IMG/VR virus record: IMGVR_UViG_3300031772_000022
Span: 5,129 to 69,128 of that record
Reading direction: 5' to 3' (one strand)
Origin: a virus
DNA: 64,000 nt
Below are positions 1-9,711 of the stretch, one piece after another (positions within the stretch are counted from its first letter, which is position 1; every line of letters starts with the position of its first letter). The notes under the pieces were generated by a model that was not told the DNA's origin, made no database searches, and worked only from the letters and a program-made list of their open reading frames with translations. The translations under genes and the position numbers were made by a program.

Positions 1-3000
1 TAGGCCATGGTCCGCGAGGAAGTCGTCGATGGGAGTCCCTCCCGAGTACACGTTGAAGCCCTGGTGAACGTGCGAGATCTTCGTACGGAGGTGCTCCGGA
101 GAGGAGACGACGTTCGCCTGGTTGAGGACCTGGTGTGGCGGGATCACCAGGTCAGTGAGGGTGAGCTTCCCAAGGGAGTACTTCAAGGACGCCCATATGG
201 TCCGCGACAGCTCGAACGGGTTGAACCCTCCGAAGGCAATACACTGCCTGCCCTCGGTCACCCCGTTGAGAAAGCTCGAGGAGGAAGAAGGGAGCTTGAG
301 AGGGTCGTAGTTGATGGATATGACCGGAATGTCCCCGCCGTCCAGGAAGACCGACACGCTGTGGACGGGGTCCCGGACCAGACGATAGCTGTGGGGGACT
401 GTCCAGTCAACCTGGTGGACATAATATGAACTGAGAAGGCTCGGATCTCCCCCGCCATAAACCCCGACATATCTGCGCGAGGCAGCAAGCGGGTCCGAGA
501 CCTTCCCGTCGCGGAACACGGACACAGAGCTCCACTCGACGGAGGACTTTGCCGTGGACAAGTCGGCGTTGGAGACGGCGTTTGCGCCAGAGCCAAAGCT
601 GACGGACGGTCCGTTAAACCCTGGCTTCAGTGAGGAGTACAGGAAGGTTCCGAGGACAACGTTATCCGCCAGGACAAGGACGAGTCCGGAAAGCTTGGAT
701 GTGTAGACGTCGTACGAGTGAATGTCGCCGTCGTTCCAGTTGAACGGGAACTCCGCCATGGAGTCGAGGTTCCCGGTCATGGCGTCGTAGCTAAGGACGT
801 TCAAGAATGAGTCCCCGAATTGGTCCTGTGAGAGCTGTACTTCGACATTCTTCCCCTGAGGGCCCTCGTCGAGATTCACAAGGGCGCCGCAGAACGTCAG
901 GTTGGACCCGGTGGCGACGGGATCTCCGGCGACGAAGGAGAGAACCTTCATCCGGAAGTCGCACTTCCAGTCCTGGCTGGCGGACAATACAGGTGCGGTG
1001 AACAGCGGGTTGGAAAGGACGTACGTCCGGAAATCGGAAGTGGACGAGTCCGTGATCCGAAGAGTCCGATTGAGGAGCTCCGAAAACTGTCCGCCGGTCT
1101 GAGACCATGTCGGGAAGTCGTGGTCAGGGAAGTCCTCCCCGAACCAGGCGATCTTCGGCTCCGGGTTGGAGTCTAGGCCAAAGTATGTGCCGGGGCTCAT
1201 CCCGAGCTTGGTCAGAGCGTCCCCGCCGATGAGTTGAAACTTGGACGCCGCTCCGACCGTGGAGTCCGTGAGCTTTACGACCGTGGACGGACCGCTCGTG
1301 TTGACGGAGGTCGTGGTCGAGGCAAAGCTGAACCCGAGCGCTCCGTTGATGACGGCTGCCGCCCCAGCCGCGGTCGTGACCGGCGACGGGAACTGGATCG
1401 TGACGGGAAGCTCGTTTCCGAAGGCCAGAATGAACAGATCGTTGGCGGCTATCCCGTACGGCTCGGGGCTCGTTCCGGAGACCGTCGCCGGCGTGGGGGT
1501 CGCCTGCAGGAAGACAAACTGGGTGGAGAAGATTCCGTCATCGATGAAGACGCCGGCCGCCTTGTTGTCGAGGCTGTGAGTCCAAAAACCAAGGCTGGCC
1601 TGGAACTCCACGACGCACGTGGTTGACGCTGCCAGGATGGGCTCGAGGCGGAGGTAGCCCTTGTACGCGCCCGTCGTCAGCCCAAGGTTTGCGACGACGG
1701 ACGCGTCCGCGCTGGCCGTCGAGTCGGATATGAGAACCCCGCTGGAAACACGATCAAAGCCTGCCTGCCCAATGGTTATCCACGGGGATACAGGGTCGAG
1801 CTCTGGAACGACGGCGGGGAAGTAGTCAACGCTCTTGTTGTCCGCTATCTGGTTGGCGTCGACGGGAGTGACGTTCGCGCGGACAAAAGACCACCGGCTC
1901 GTGGATGTGGGCTGAGAGCCGACAGAGCCGAAGAACACCTGCTGCATCGGGTCCAGGCGCAGGTCCATGTTCGAGGAAAGGGGCAGGTCCGCGTGCTCAA
2001 CCGTGGCGATAGGCTCCACAAAGCCGGTCAGGAAAAGGGAGACCTTCCCGCCGGGGACACGGGATATCCGGTACGTGGCGTATTGGGACCAGTCTATGGC
2101 GTAGGAGTTCCAGCTCGAGTCAAACTCCGGGTACCCGCGGTCCGTGAGAATCCCGACCTGACGGGCGGGGACCATGAAGTTGGTCCCGTCGTTGACGTAG
2201 TGAACCCCGTACTGGATGAGGTGAGCGTTATACTTGTCGTAAAGCTCGTTCACCAGGGCCGTCGCCGTAGCCTCATCCTCGGCGTCAAGGGTGGACACAG
2301 TGTTCACGACGTCAAGGACGAGGTGGACGACGGTAGGCCCCTTGGCCAGGTGCGAGTTGTAAAACTTTTTAATCCGGTTGATGAGGATGATCAGCGACCC
2401 GAGGCTGGTTGCGTCGACCACGTCCAGGGCGCTTCCAGGATCGTTCGGCCGGTGCGTTCCCGTCAGGACGAGGTGGGCGCCGAACTTCGACTTGAGGGAG
2501 TTCGCTAGGACGATGGCGGAAGAAAGGTTGGTGGCCTTTGTGACGACGAACCCGAAAAGCGCGACCTTCGCGCCGTCCGACAGCCCGAACCCAACGCCGG
2601 TGTTGGCGCCGTCAAGCTGAAGGTGAGAGGTCTCATCCACGTCGACCTTCGCCCTGAAGGCTGCTGACGTGATGCTCTCGTACTGGAAGCTAATGGCGTG
2701 GGTGAAGAACGGGGGACGGCTGTTCGGGCCGCTTGCCGAAGTGATATCGACGATCTTCAGCTCCGTACCACCAGGGGCCAGGGAGAGATTGCCGACGCCC
2801 TCGAAGATCCACGGGTCGACGGCGTTCTGCGGAAGCGTCGTCGGGTCGTAGCGGACGGTCACCTCCTTGACGGTCTCGGACAGGACTGGGTAGAACGTCT
2901 TGTTCGACGGAACGTTTAGGAGGAGGGTCGTGGGATCGTTCAAGCACGCCGAGTACGCCCTCTCCAAGGCCTTATACTTCCATCCAACCCTCCTAGGCTG

Positions 3001-4050
3001 GAATGGCGACGACACGGTCTTGTCGAACCTGTCCGGATCCGGCAGATAGGACCTGGACCGGTACCTGTGCCCTGGAAGACCTGCAAAGTTCCCATTGCCG
3101 AACTGGTTCAGGCCGAACTCGAAAGAGTTCGTGCGCTTAAGCTGAACCGGGATGTTCGGCATGAACCCGTAGTTGACCGAGACACTGTCCAGGGCGGCGG
3201 GCTTGCTTGTCAGGACGACGGCGCCGAGGAGCCCGAACACAGCGTCTATGGAGACGGGGATGCCGTTCACCTTCGCCGTCACGTCCGATGGGTCGTCGGC
3301 GATCTGGCCTGTCCTCGGATCGGATACAGTCCAGGTGAACGGACCCGTCGTCGGACCGCTGCCGAGAACCGGACGGACGTGCTTGACGTTCACGCGGTTG
3401 AAGGAGTCGGAGACAAGGTGGAACTCAAGGTTCTGACGGTGGGCCTCAAAGGACCGTCTGAGGGCGTTCACCAGGAGGATGGCACTGGCCATGTCGTGGG
3501 CCACAGGAAGCAGGATCCTGTCCTGCTCGTCCTGAGCCTTGTGAACGTGCGGAAGGGGGCCGATAAGGTCGAGGTGGGCGGCGAATTTAGTCCGCAGCTC
3601 GTTCATGAGGATGACGGCGGACGGGAAGTCGACGGCATAGGCTGACGAGACCGGGTTGAAGGTGTCGTTCGTCCCGTGAACCCCGCTCCACGTCCTATGG
3701 AGCTCATACGTCCTCTTCAGGTCGTTCACGAGCTCCACGATCCGGGCCGTCGTGGCCTGAAAGTTCAGCACATCAAAACCGCGGCCTGAAAGCTTCAGCC
3801 TCGACGCGGACAGGACCTGGGATATGGGGAACAGACCGTCGTTGACGCCGCCAGGGGATCCCGATATGAACAGCGTATGTCCGACGTTCGACTCGGTGAA
3901 CGTCCCCGTCGGGATGCTCACGGTGTTCGAAGATAGGATGGTGAGTCCTACCCCCGTGATCAGGGGCAGAGAGCTCTTGACGATCGGACCCTTGTGAGTG
4001 AAGATGGTCCTATCGAGAACGGAGTCGAGGCCCGTAAAGCTTATGGACAA
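1..4050 (-). CDS. Large virion structural protein, >=1350 aa, truncated by the window edge; carries two triplets of the H-x6-H-x3-D helical repeat
   Basis: Absent from the ORF track because it has no stop inside the window. Hand translation gives a TTG start at 4050 preceded by GAGG (MSISFTGLDSVLDRTIFTHKGPIVKSSLP...). The same frame reads ...GFNVYSGGTPIDDFLADHGL at base 1. It shares a 'DPSDVTAKVNG...VVL...P....V.VNY' module with the sheath. Frame spot-checked at several points, not at every codon. Confidence 0.85.
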   Translation of the reverse strand, partial: MSISFTGLDSVLDRTIFTHKGPIVKSSLPLITGVGLTILSSNTVSIPTGTFTESNVGHTLFISGSPGGVNDGLFPISQVLSASRLKLSGRGFDVLNFQATTARIVELVNDLKRTYELHRTWSGVHGTNDTFNPVSSAYAVDFPSAVILMNELRTKFAAHLDLIGPLPHVHKAQDEQDRILLPVAHDMASAILLVNALRRSFEAHRQNLEFHLVSDSFNRVNVKHVRPVLGSGPTTGPFTWTVSDPRTGQIADDPSDVTAKVNGIPVSIDAVFGLLGAVVLTSKPAALDSVSVNYGFMPNIPVQLKRTNSFEFGLNQFGNGNFAGLPGHRYRSRSYLPDPDRFDKTVSSPFQPRRVGWKYKALERAYSACLNDPTTLLLNVPSNKTFYPVLSETVKEVTVRYDPTTLPQNAVDPWIFEGVGNLSLAPGGTELKIVDITSASGPNSRPPFFTHAISFQYESITSAAFRAKVDVDETSHLQLDGANTGVGFGLSDGAKVALFGFVVTKATNLSSAIVLANSLKSKFGAHLVLTGTHRPNDPGSALDVVDATSLGSLIILINRIKKFYNSHLAKGPTVVHLVLDVVNTVSTLDAEDEATATALVNELYDKYNAHLIQYGVHYVNDGTNFMVPARQVGILTDRGYPEFDSSWNSYAIDWSQYATYRISRVPGGKVSLFLTGFVEPIATVEHADLPLSSNMDLRLDPMQQVFFGSVGSQPTSTSRWSFVRANVTPVDANQIADNKSVDYFPAVVPELDPVSPWITIGQAGFDRVSSGVLISDSTASADASVVANLGLTTGAYKGYLRLEPILAASTTCVVEFQASLGFWTHSLDNKAAGVFIDDGIFSTQFVFLQATPTPATVSGTSPEPYGIAANDLFILAFGNELPVTIQFPSPVTTAAGAAAVINGALGFSFASTTTSVNTSGPSTVVKLTDSTVGAASKFQLIGGDALTKLGMSPGTYFGLDSNPEPKIAWFGEDFPDHDFPTWSQTGGQFSELLNRTLRITDSSTSDFRTYVLSNPLFTAPVLSASQDWKCDFRMKVLSFVAGDPVATGSNLTFCGALVNLDEGPQGKNVEVQLSQDQFGDSFLNVLSYDAMTGNLDSMAEFPFNWNDGDIHSYDVYTSKLSGLVLVLADNVVLGTFLYSSLKPGFNGPSVSFGSGANAVSNADLSTAKSSVEWSSVSVFRDGKVSDPLAASRRYVGVYGGGDPSLLSSYYVHQVDWTVPHSYRLVRDPVHSVSVFLDGGDIPVISINYDPLKLPSSSSSFLNGVTEGRQCIAFGGFNPFELSRTIWASLKYSLGKLTLTDLVIPPHQVLNQANVVSSPEHLRTKISHVHQGFNVYSGGTPIDDFLADHGL

Positions 4051-4057
4051 GATGACC

Positions 4058-6562
4058 TCACAGCGGGTTCCCTACAAGGTCCATAAGGCCGGAAGCGCTG
4101 AGGGTGTACGAGATCTTCTCCATGTTCATAACCCGGACTGAGGCCGTCCTTTCATCAATCCAGTCGGCCCCCTTCAGGACCAAAGATCCTCCGGAGACGG
4201 TAACGGTGCCGCCAGTCCCTCCGTTCAGCTCAGTCTTATGCATTCTCTTCGAGAAATAAACCTCGATGGAGTCTGCCTCGAAGCTGTAGAAGAGCCGTCC
4301 CTCACGGTCCTCATGGAAGACAAGTCCGGGGCGCGGGAGGGCCGAGGCCACGGCCGGGTGGGCGGCGAAGCCCAGGAATTCCGTGTCGACGGGGACGGGG
4401 CTCGAAACCTGGCGTGAGCGGAGAACATCCCATTTCACGTCCGAGGCAAGGAAACGGAGCTGATGAACTTCATCGTCAAGCATACCGTCAAGGACGAAGA
4501 CCATCGTGGAAAAGAGTTTCGCCACGAGGAAGACCTCCCCGGGGGCCAGATGGTGGCCCGCGAAATGGGGGACGACGCCCGAAGAGGACATTGAGTCCCC
4601 AGAGCCGTTGTGCGTGATGAACGCTTCCCGAAGGGAGCCCAGAAGGATGATGAGGGACGGGAAGTCGAACGCGTCGGGAGTGAGAACCTTGTCATCAAGA
4701 TTTGTATGGACGGCAACGTTCCTCACATGCCCGTTGAACTTCGACTTCAGGAGGTTCGCCTTGTACAGCGTTGTCGGAAGGTCCGTGGTGGTCGCGTAGT
4801 CCGAGGCAGAGGAGAAGAACTGGCTCTCGGGGGTGACGTGGACCGCACCGGCTGGAGCCGGACCTAGGTGCTTCGCGTAGCTGAAGACAAGGCTGTTCAA
4901 AAGCCAGACGGCGTCCGGGAGCGTGCTGGTGGGGATCATCCGCACGCCCACAGGACCTATCGGGGTCCGTACGGAGAGCGAGGAAGAGTCGGAGACGAAT
5001 ACCTCCTTGTCGAACGAAGCACGGACCTCTCGGTCCATGACGATCTCCTTGGACAGGAGAACGGCCGGAGCCCCGACGGCGCGAGCGGAAATATCCCCAG
5101 AGAAGAAGAGAGGGTCTGTGAAACTGGCGAGATCTTCACTCCGGATTGTCCCACGCACCCGTATTGGCAGCGAGGTAATGGTCGTGGTGACGTGAAGGTC
5201 GACGAAGTACGTCAGCTGGCTTATGACCGGGAATGCCGTGGCCGTAGAGGCATGGTCTGTCACAGTCCCGATCTCGACAGGATACGCGCCCGACCATGCC
5301 AAGTTCCTCTCCGCGGCAAGGTGCTGGTTGTAGAGGAGCTTGAGGCCGTTCGTGGATGAGATGAGCTGCGCGTTAGTGTACGCGACGGGGAGCACCGGTA
5401 TCCCGTCCGGCTCGGGGTATAGATGGTTGCCAGGGTCGACGTCCTCAAGAGCGTGATCCTTGAAAACACTGAGGATATAGTCGTAGACGATGCCGGCAGT
5501 GACGGAGTCAATCGCTGGCGGGATGGAGAGCAGGTAAGCACGCAAGTCCGGCTGAATTGTTCCGTGGACGGGGGCTTCCACCACATGGTCCGCGAAGGTC
5601 GTCCTGACGGCGTTCAGGAAGTTGATGGCGTCCGTCAGGGTGACGCAGTCGGGGACGAGAACCGAGTTGATGGTGTCAGGCCTGGGGTGCGGTCCTCCCT
5701 GAGTGATGTTCCAGAGCGAAAGGTTGAGGACGTCAACCGACGCGGCGGGGCCGCTGAAATAGACGCGCACCGTGGCCGCGTTCACGTTCGGAACGATCTC
5801 CGACACATAGGCGTCGACGAACTGCATCTGGCTAAGAGAGCTCGAGTTGTATGGAGGAGGAGACCGGAGCTGAAGAGCAAGATTGACTTCAAACCCGCCG
5901 ACGTTGTTCGAAGCGTCGACGATGTTGAAGGTGGTGATGAAGTAGAAGTCACCGAGAGGGGTCGTGTTCGGGTAGACGAACCTCAACGTGTTCTCGGGCA
6001 TATTTTCAGCCGCCCACGGCTGATAGATCATCGGAACGGGCAAGAAGTCCGGGTTCCGGATGTTCGCCGCCGGTGAGGTTGAAAACGGACCGACGGGCCG
6101 ATCAAAGACAACGTCCACCATCCCCCGCTTCGAGAGGAAAGCGCCGATGGCGCGCGGAGCGTCGGGGACGTTGGCAGTGAAATTCGCCGCCACTGCCGCC
6201 ACTCCTTCACCGTCGAACCCGTGGACGCCGACCACCTGCATGGAGTAGGTGGACGTCCAGGTCAGGGGCTGGGAGGTCCTGACGACGACCGACAGACGGT
6301 CTGCGTCATAGAACTCGACCTCGTCGACGCCGGGAACGACAGTCCCGGACGTAATGCCCGCAAGAATGTATGAGGACGTGGCGAGGGCGGAGTCCGTGAC
6401 GGGCCGGTCAAAGCGGACTCGGATCTCCCTCGACGACAGCACATGGACCCGGAAGCCGATTGTCGGAAGGTCGAACGCGTCCACAATCCCGAGGACGATG
6501 TCCCCGAGCTGACTGTTCTGTGTACCTATCCTTCCGGTAAAGGGCATTCTGGCCTCGATCAC
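4058..6562 (-). CDS. Virion structural protein (834 aa) with Ig-like (Big_5-type) domains and degenerate His-repeat triplets
   Basis: Repeated 'V.F(D/S)(R/K)PV' Ig-like strands. Helical repeats such as FLNAVRTTFADHVVEAPVH and KANLLKSKFNGHVRNVAVH. Lies in the tail operon. Confidence 0.75.
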   Translation of the reverse strand: MIEARMPFTGRIGTQNSQLGDIVLGIVDAFDLPTIGFRVHVLSSREIRVRFDRPVTDSALATSSYILAGITSGTVVPGVDEVEFYDADRLSVVVRTSQPLTWTSTYSMQVVGVHGFDGEGVAAVAANFTANVPDAPRAIGAFLSKRGMVDVVFDRPVGPFSTSPAANIRNPDFLPVPMIYQPWAAENMPENTLRFVYPNTTPLGDFYFITTFNIVDASNNVGGFEVNLALQLRSPPPYNSSSLSQMQFVDAYVSEIVPNVNAATVRVYFSGPAASVDVLNLSLWNITQGGPHPRPDTINSVLVPDCVTLTDAINFLNAVRTTFADHVVEAPVHGTIQPDLRAYLLSIPPAIDSVTAGIVYDYILSVFKDHALEDVDPGNHLYPEPDGIPVLPVAYTNAQLISSTNGLKLLYNQHLAAERNLAWSGAYPVEIGTVTDHASTATAFPVISQLTYFVDLHVTTTITSLPIRVRGTIRSEDLASFTDPLFFSGDISARAVGAPAVLLSKEIVMDREVRASFDKEVFVSDSSSLSVRTPIGPVGVRMIPTSTLPDAVWLLNSLVFSYAKHLGPAPAGAVHVTPESQFFSSASDYATTTDLPTTLYKANLLKSKFNGHVRNVAVHTNLDDKVLTPDAFDFPSLIILLGSLREAFITHNGSGDSMSSSGVVPHFAGHHLAPGEVFLVAKLFSTMVFVLDGMLDDEVHQLRFLASDVKWDVLRSRQVSSPVPVDTEFLGFAAHPAVASALPRPGLVFHEDREGRLFYSFEADSIEVYFSKRMHKTELNGGTGGTVTVSGGSLVLKGADWIDERTASVRVMNMEKISYTLSASGLMDLVGNPL

Positions 6563-6565
6563 ACT

Positions 6566-6596
6566 ACGGGCTCAGCCCCACGGGCTCAGCCGTGGG
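6566..6596. repeat. 12-bp direct repeat ACGGGCTCAGCC x2, overlapping a CCCACGG/CCGTGGG inverted repeat at the collagen gene stop
   Basis: Seen directly: acgggctcagcc at 6566-6577 and 6580-6591, plus hairpin cccacgg-gctcag-ccgtggg. Confidence 0.55.
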
Positions 6597-8862
6597 AGAT
6601 CTCGAGCCTTGCCATTTTCACCACTGCCTGGTCTGTCGACGTTCCTGCCTGAATCTTGAGCTGGATCTCGTAAAGGGTGTTCGAGACGGGGAGAGAAAGG
6701 TCCGAGGACACGACGAACGTGGGAACAGAGTTTGTCGTGTAGAGCTGTGAGCCGGACATTCCCGTTCCGACGGAAAGGTTGTAGAGCTGGAGCGAGGCCG
6801 TAACGCCCGTAGCCGTCTCCATGATGGCTTGGAACTTGACGTGCTGGGGCTGACTCGGGATGCCCGGGTAGTAGTCGGACGGGTTGAACAGGAATCCGCC
6901 GATCCCGACGTACCCGGTCGCGCTTGACACCTGCTTGCCGGCCGCGCCATCGACGTAGTGGTACCGGGCGACGGTGTTGATGACATAGGCCGTAAGGCCC
7001 GCGGTCGGCGTGGACCCGGGAGCGAGCACGCTCTTCAACGCATAAATCGCGCCCTGGACGTTGGTGTAGCCCATCGTCGGGGCGTAGTCGGTGATGACGA
7101 CGCCGGTCGCATTCCCGACGCCAGGAGAGCCCTGGACTCCTTGCGGGCCTGTCGGGCCTGTCGGGCCAGTGACGCCAGTGACGCCGGGGGACCCTTGGGG
7201 AGCTCCAGCAGGGCCGGTGGCTCCGGTGGCGCCAGGCGTACCCTGCGGACCCGGCGGACCCGTAGGCCCGGTCGGGCCAAGGGGCCCGGTCGGTCCGTCA
7301 GGCCCGGTCGGGCCGCCGAAGACCGAGGCTCCGGTAGGTCCGGTAGCTCCCGTGTCGCCCTTCGGGCCCGTGTCGCCCCGCGGACCGGTCGGTCCGACAG
7401 CTCCGGTGGGCCCGGCCGGCCCTGTCGACCCGGTCATGCCGGGAGTTCCCTGAGGGGCGCCCGGAGGCCCGGTCACGCCCGTAAGACCGGGAGAACCCTG
7501 AGTGCCCGGGAAGCCAGCGGGAGCCACAAACCCTGCGGCGATGACCGCCCCGGACGGCTGGTTGCCGAACAGGTTCGAAAGGACGAGGTTCGTCCCCGTA
7601 CCGCCCGTGACGCCGACGACCGTGTAATAGCCACCTGTCGGTATGAAGACGGTCTGCCCGGGCTGCTGCCAGCTCTGGCTATACCCGTTCGCGGCGCCCG
7701 TGAGGACCGTCGTAAGGGTGAAGTTGTTCTGAGCGTACGTCGGCGTTGAGTTAAAGGCGTTGAGACCTGGGGACCCCTGGGGAGCTCCTGCGGGGCCGGT
7801 CGCCCCGGTCATCCCAGGAGAGCCCTGAGGCCCACCAAACGGACCCGTCGGCCCAGGAGAGCCCTGAGGTCCTGGACCTCCGGCAGCCCCTGGAGGGCCG
7901 CCAGGTCCCTCCGGTCCTGTAGGTCCCGTAGGTCCCTCCGGTCCCGTAGGTCCTCCGAAGATGGACGCTCCCGTGTCGCCCTTTGAACCGGTGGGTCCCG
8001 TCGCACCACGCGGCCCGGTGGGTCCGGTGGCTCCAACGCCGGTCGCGCCGGTCGACCCGGCTGGACCGACCGCTCCCGCAGGGCCGAGAGGTCCCGTAAA
8101 GCCAGGAGAGCCCTGAGGCCCTGGAACGCCAGTGGGTCCGGCCGGACCTGTAGGTCCTCCGAAGACCGAAGCTCCTGTCGGGCCAGTCTGACCCGTGACA
8201 CCCTGTATACCCTGCGGTCCGGTCACACCCTGCGGACCGGTCACACCCTGGGTGCCCTGCGGTCCCGTAGGACCGATCGCACCCGGGGGCCCGGTGGGCC
8301 CCGTAGGTCCTATCGATCCTGTGGGCCCCGTGGACCCCGTGGCTCCGACGCCAGTCGGTCCGACAGGTCCAGTGTTCCCGCGCGGGCCCGTGGGCCCGGT
8401 AGCGCCCGTCGGACCCGGCAGACCGGTGGCCCCAAAGCCGGCCGGGCCTGTGGCGCCCGTGTTCCCGCGTGGGCCCGTGACACCGGCCGCACCGGCAGGG
8501 CCAGTGGTGCCGGCCGCGCCGGTCGTCCCCGCTCCCGGCGGGCCGGTGGGTCCTTCCGGCCCGGTGATTCCGGTAATATCGGCCTTGAGCTGAGCGACGG
8601 CGCCCGCCGTCAGGATATGAGTAACAAGAGCGCCGTTGGAGTGGGAGGATGAGGCCGTCCCCTCCTGACCGCGAAGGAGTGTAAAAACGTTCCCGACCAC
8701 GCCCGTGACGAGCAAGATCTCGGCGTCGATCTTGAGGCGGAACTGCGGAGCCGGCGGAAAGAGGGCGGCGGACGTGACGAAGACGGTCGTGGCGACGGGC
8801 GTGATTCCGCCGACCTGGTTGATCGTAGTCTGCGCAGCGTTAGCAAATCTCTCTGTCGTCAT
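6586..8862 (-). CDS. Collagen-like (Gly-X-Y) tail fibre protein, 758 aa
   Basis: Two long GPT/GAT/GPQ triple-helix tracts flank a non-collagen domain. The N-terminal domain ([10 protein letters not shown]...[19 protein letters not shown]) is typical of phage fibre/baseplate attachment modules. Confidence 0.9.
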   Translation of the reverse strand: MTTERFANAAQTTINQVGGITPVATTVFVTSAALFPPAPQFRLKIDAEILLVTGVVGNVFTLLRGQEGTASSSHSNGALVTHILTAGAVAQLKADITGITGPEGPTGPPGAGTTGAAGTTGPAGAAGVTGPRGNTGATGPAGFGATGLPGPTGATGPTGPRGNTGPVGPTGVGATGSTGPTGSIGPTGPTGPPGAIGPTGPQGTQGVTGPQGVTGPQGIQGVTGQTGPTGASVFGGPTGPAGPTGVPGPQGSPGFTGPLGPAGAVGPAGSTGATGVGATGPTGPRGATGPTGSKGDTGASIFGGPTGPEGPTGPTGPEGPGGPPGAAGGPGPQGSPGPTGPFGGPQGSPGMTGATGPAGAPQGSPGLNAFNSTPTYAQNNFTLTTVLTGAANGYSQSWQQPGQTVFIPTGGYYTVVGVTGGTGTNLVLSNLFGNQPSGAVIAAGFVAPAGFPGTQGSPGLTGVTGPPGAPQGTPGMTGSTGPAGPTGAVGPTGPRGDTGPKGDTGATGPTGASVFGGPTGPDGPTGPLGPTGPTGPPGPQGTPGATGATGPAGAPQGSPGVTGVTGPTGPTGPQGVQGSPGVGNATGVVITDYAPTMGYTNVQGAIYALKSVLAPGSTPTAGLTAYVINTVARYHYVDGAAGKQVSSATGYVGIGGFLFNPSDYYPGIPSQPQHVKFQAIMETATGVTASLQLYNLSVGTGMSGSQLYTTNSVPTFVVSSDLSLPVSNTLYEIQLKIQAGTSTDQAVVKMARLEISHG

Positions 8863-8881
8863 CTTAGGATCCGCCGGTCAC

Positions 8882-9709
8882 CTAAAAGTCACCGTCGTGG
8901 GACTCGTCCTTCACGGCAACGAAGGTTTTAGAGCCGAGTATGTCCGTTCCCCTAACGCCCTCGACAAACCTTCGAAAGTCTTCATATCCATAACTCTGCA
9001 GGTTGTAGACGAAAGACTCACGGACCTTGTTCGTTCCCACGTTCGACGGCGGGTTCTCGGGCTTCGGACCGGGGCCAAGGTACTCGTCGAGCAAGATGAA
9101 CTTGAGCGTGTAGAGCGTGTGCGCAGGCCGGATTATGGCGAGGAGTATCCGGATATTCCTTTCCGCAAGGAAGACGTCCACTTGTCCAGGGCTGGACAGG
9201 ATAACGTCAACGGTGAACCCGAACTGGTCGGATATGTCGTACCCGGATCCAGGCCTCTTTGACTGCTCAAAGTTCTCCCGAACGATGACCTCCCCGCCGC
9301 AGACGAGCTCCACTGCCTTCTTCACGGAGTCGGGGACGCTTCCCGCAAAGTAGATCTTGACTATCTTACGGAGGAACTCACGGAAGTCAGAGTCACCCTT
9401 TTGGAGGTCCGGAGCTCCCTCCTTCTTCGGGAATAGGACGGACGTGACGGTCTGATAGAGGAACTCCGTTCTCGTTGTGGCGAAGTCCGTGTCTTGCTTG
9501 ACGTCCTCGAGCATGAGACGGACGCGGGAGAGCTCGATGGCGACGGCCTTCAGGTGCCTTGCGTAGTTCGGTCCGTCTATGTTGGCCTGAAAGTAAGAGG
9601 ATAGCATGGACAGCAGGATCTTGAAGTTCACCTCCGACTCTTGACTGAGACGGGACAGATACTCCTCTCCCGTCTCATACGCGTTCAAGTTATATCTGAC
9701 GATGGCCAT
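8882..9709 (-). CDS. Baseplate wedge protein, P2 gpI / Mu gp48-like
   Basis: Directly downstream of the J-like gene. Pattern 'DSDFREFLRKIVKIYFAGSVPDSVKKAVELVCG..V.VRE' and 'IRPAHT' typical of this wedge family. Confidence 0.65.
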   Translation of the reverse strand: MAIVRYNLNAYETGEEYLSRLSQESEVNFKILLSMLSSYFQANIDGPNYARHLKAVAIELSRVRLMLEDVKQDTDFATTRTEFLYQTVTSVLFPKKEGAPDLQKGDSDFREFLRKIVKIYFAGSVPDSVKKAVELVCGGEVIVRENFEQSKRPGSGYDISDQFGFTVDVILSSPGQVDVFLAERNIRILLAIIRPAHTLYTLKFILLDEYLGPGPKPENPPSNVGTNKVRESFVYNLQSYGYEDFRRFVEGVRGTDILGSKTFVAVKDESHDGDF

Positions 9710-9711
9710 CG

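Noticed and set aside
6958-8593. Dense DNA repeats that could suggest a CRISPR array or VNTR
   Set aside because: Explained by Gly-X-Y codons; no constant repeat with unique spacers.
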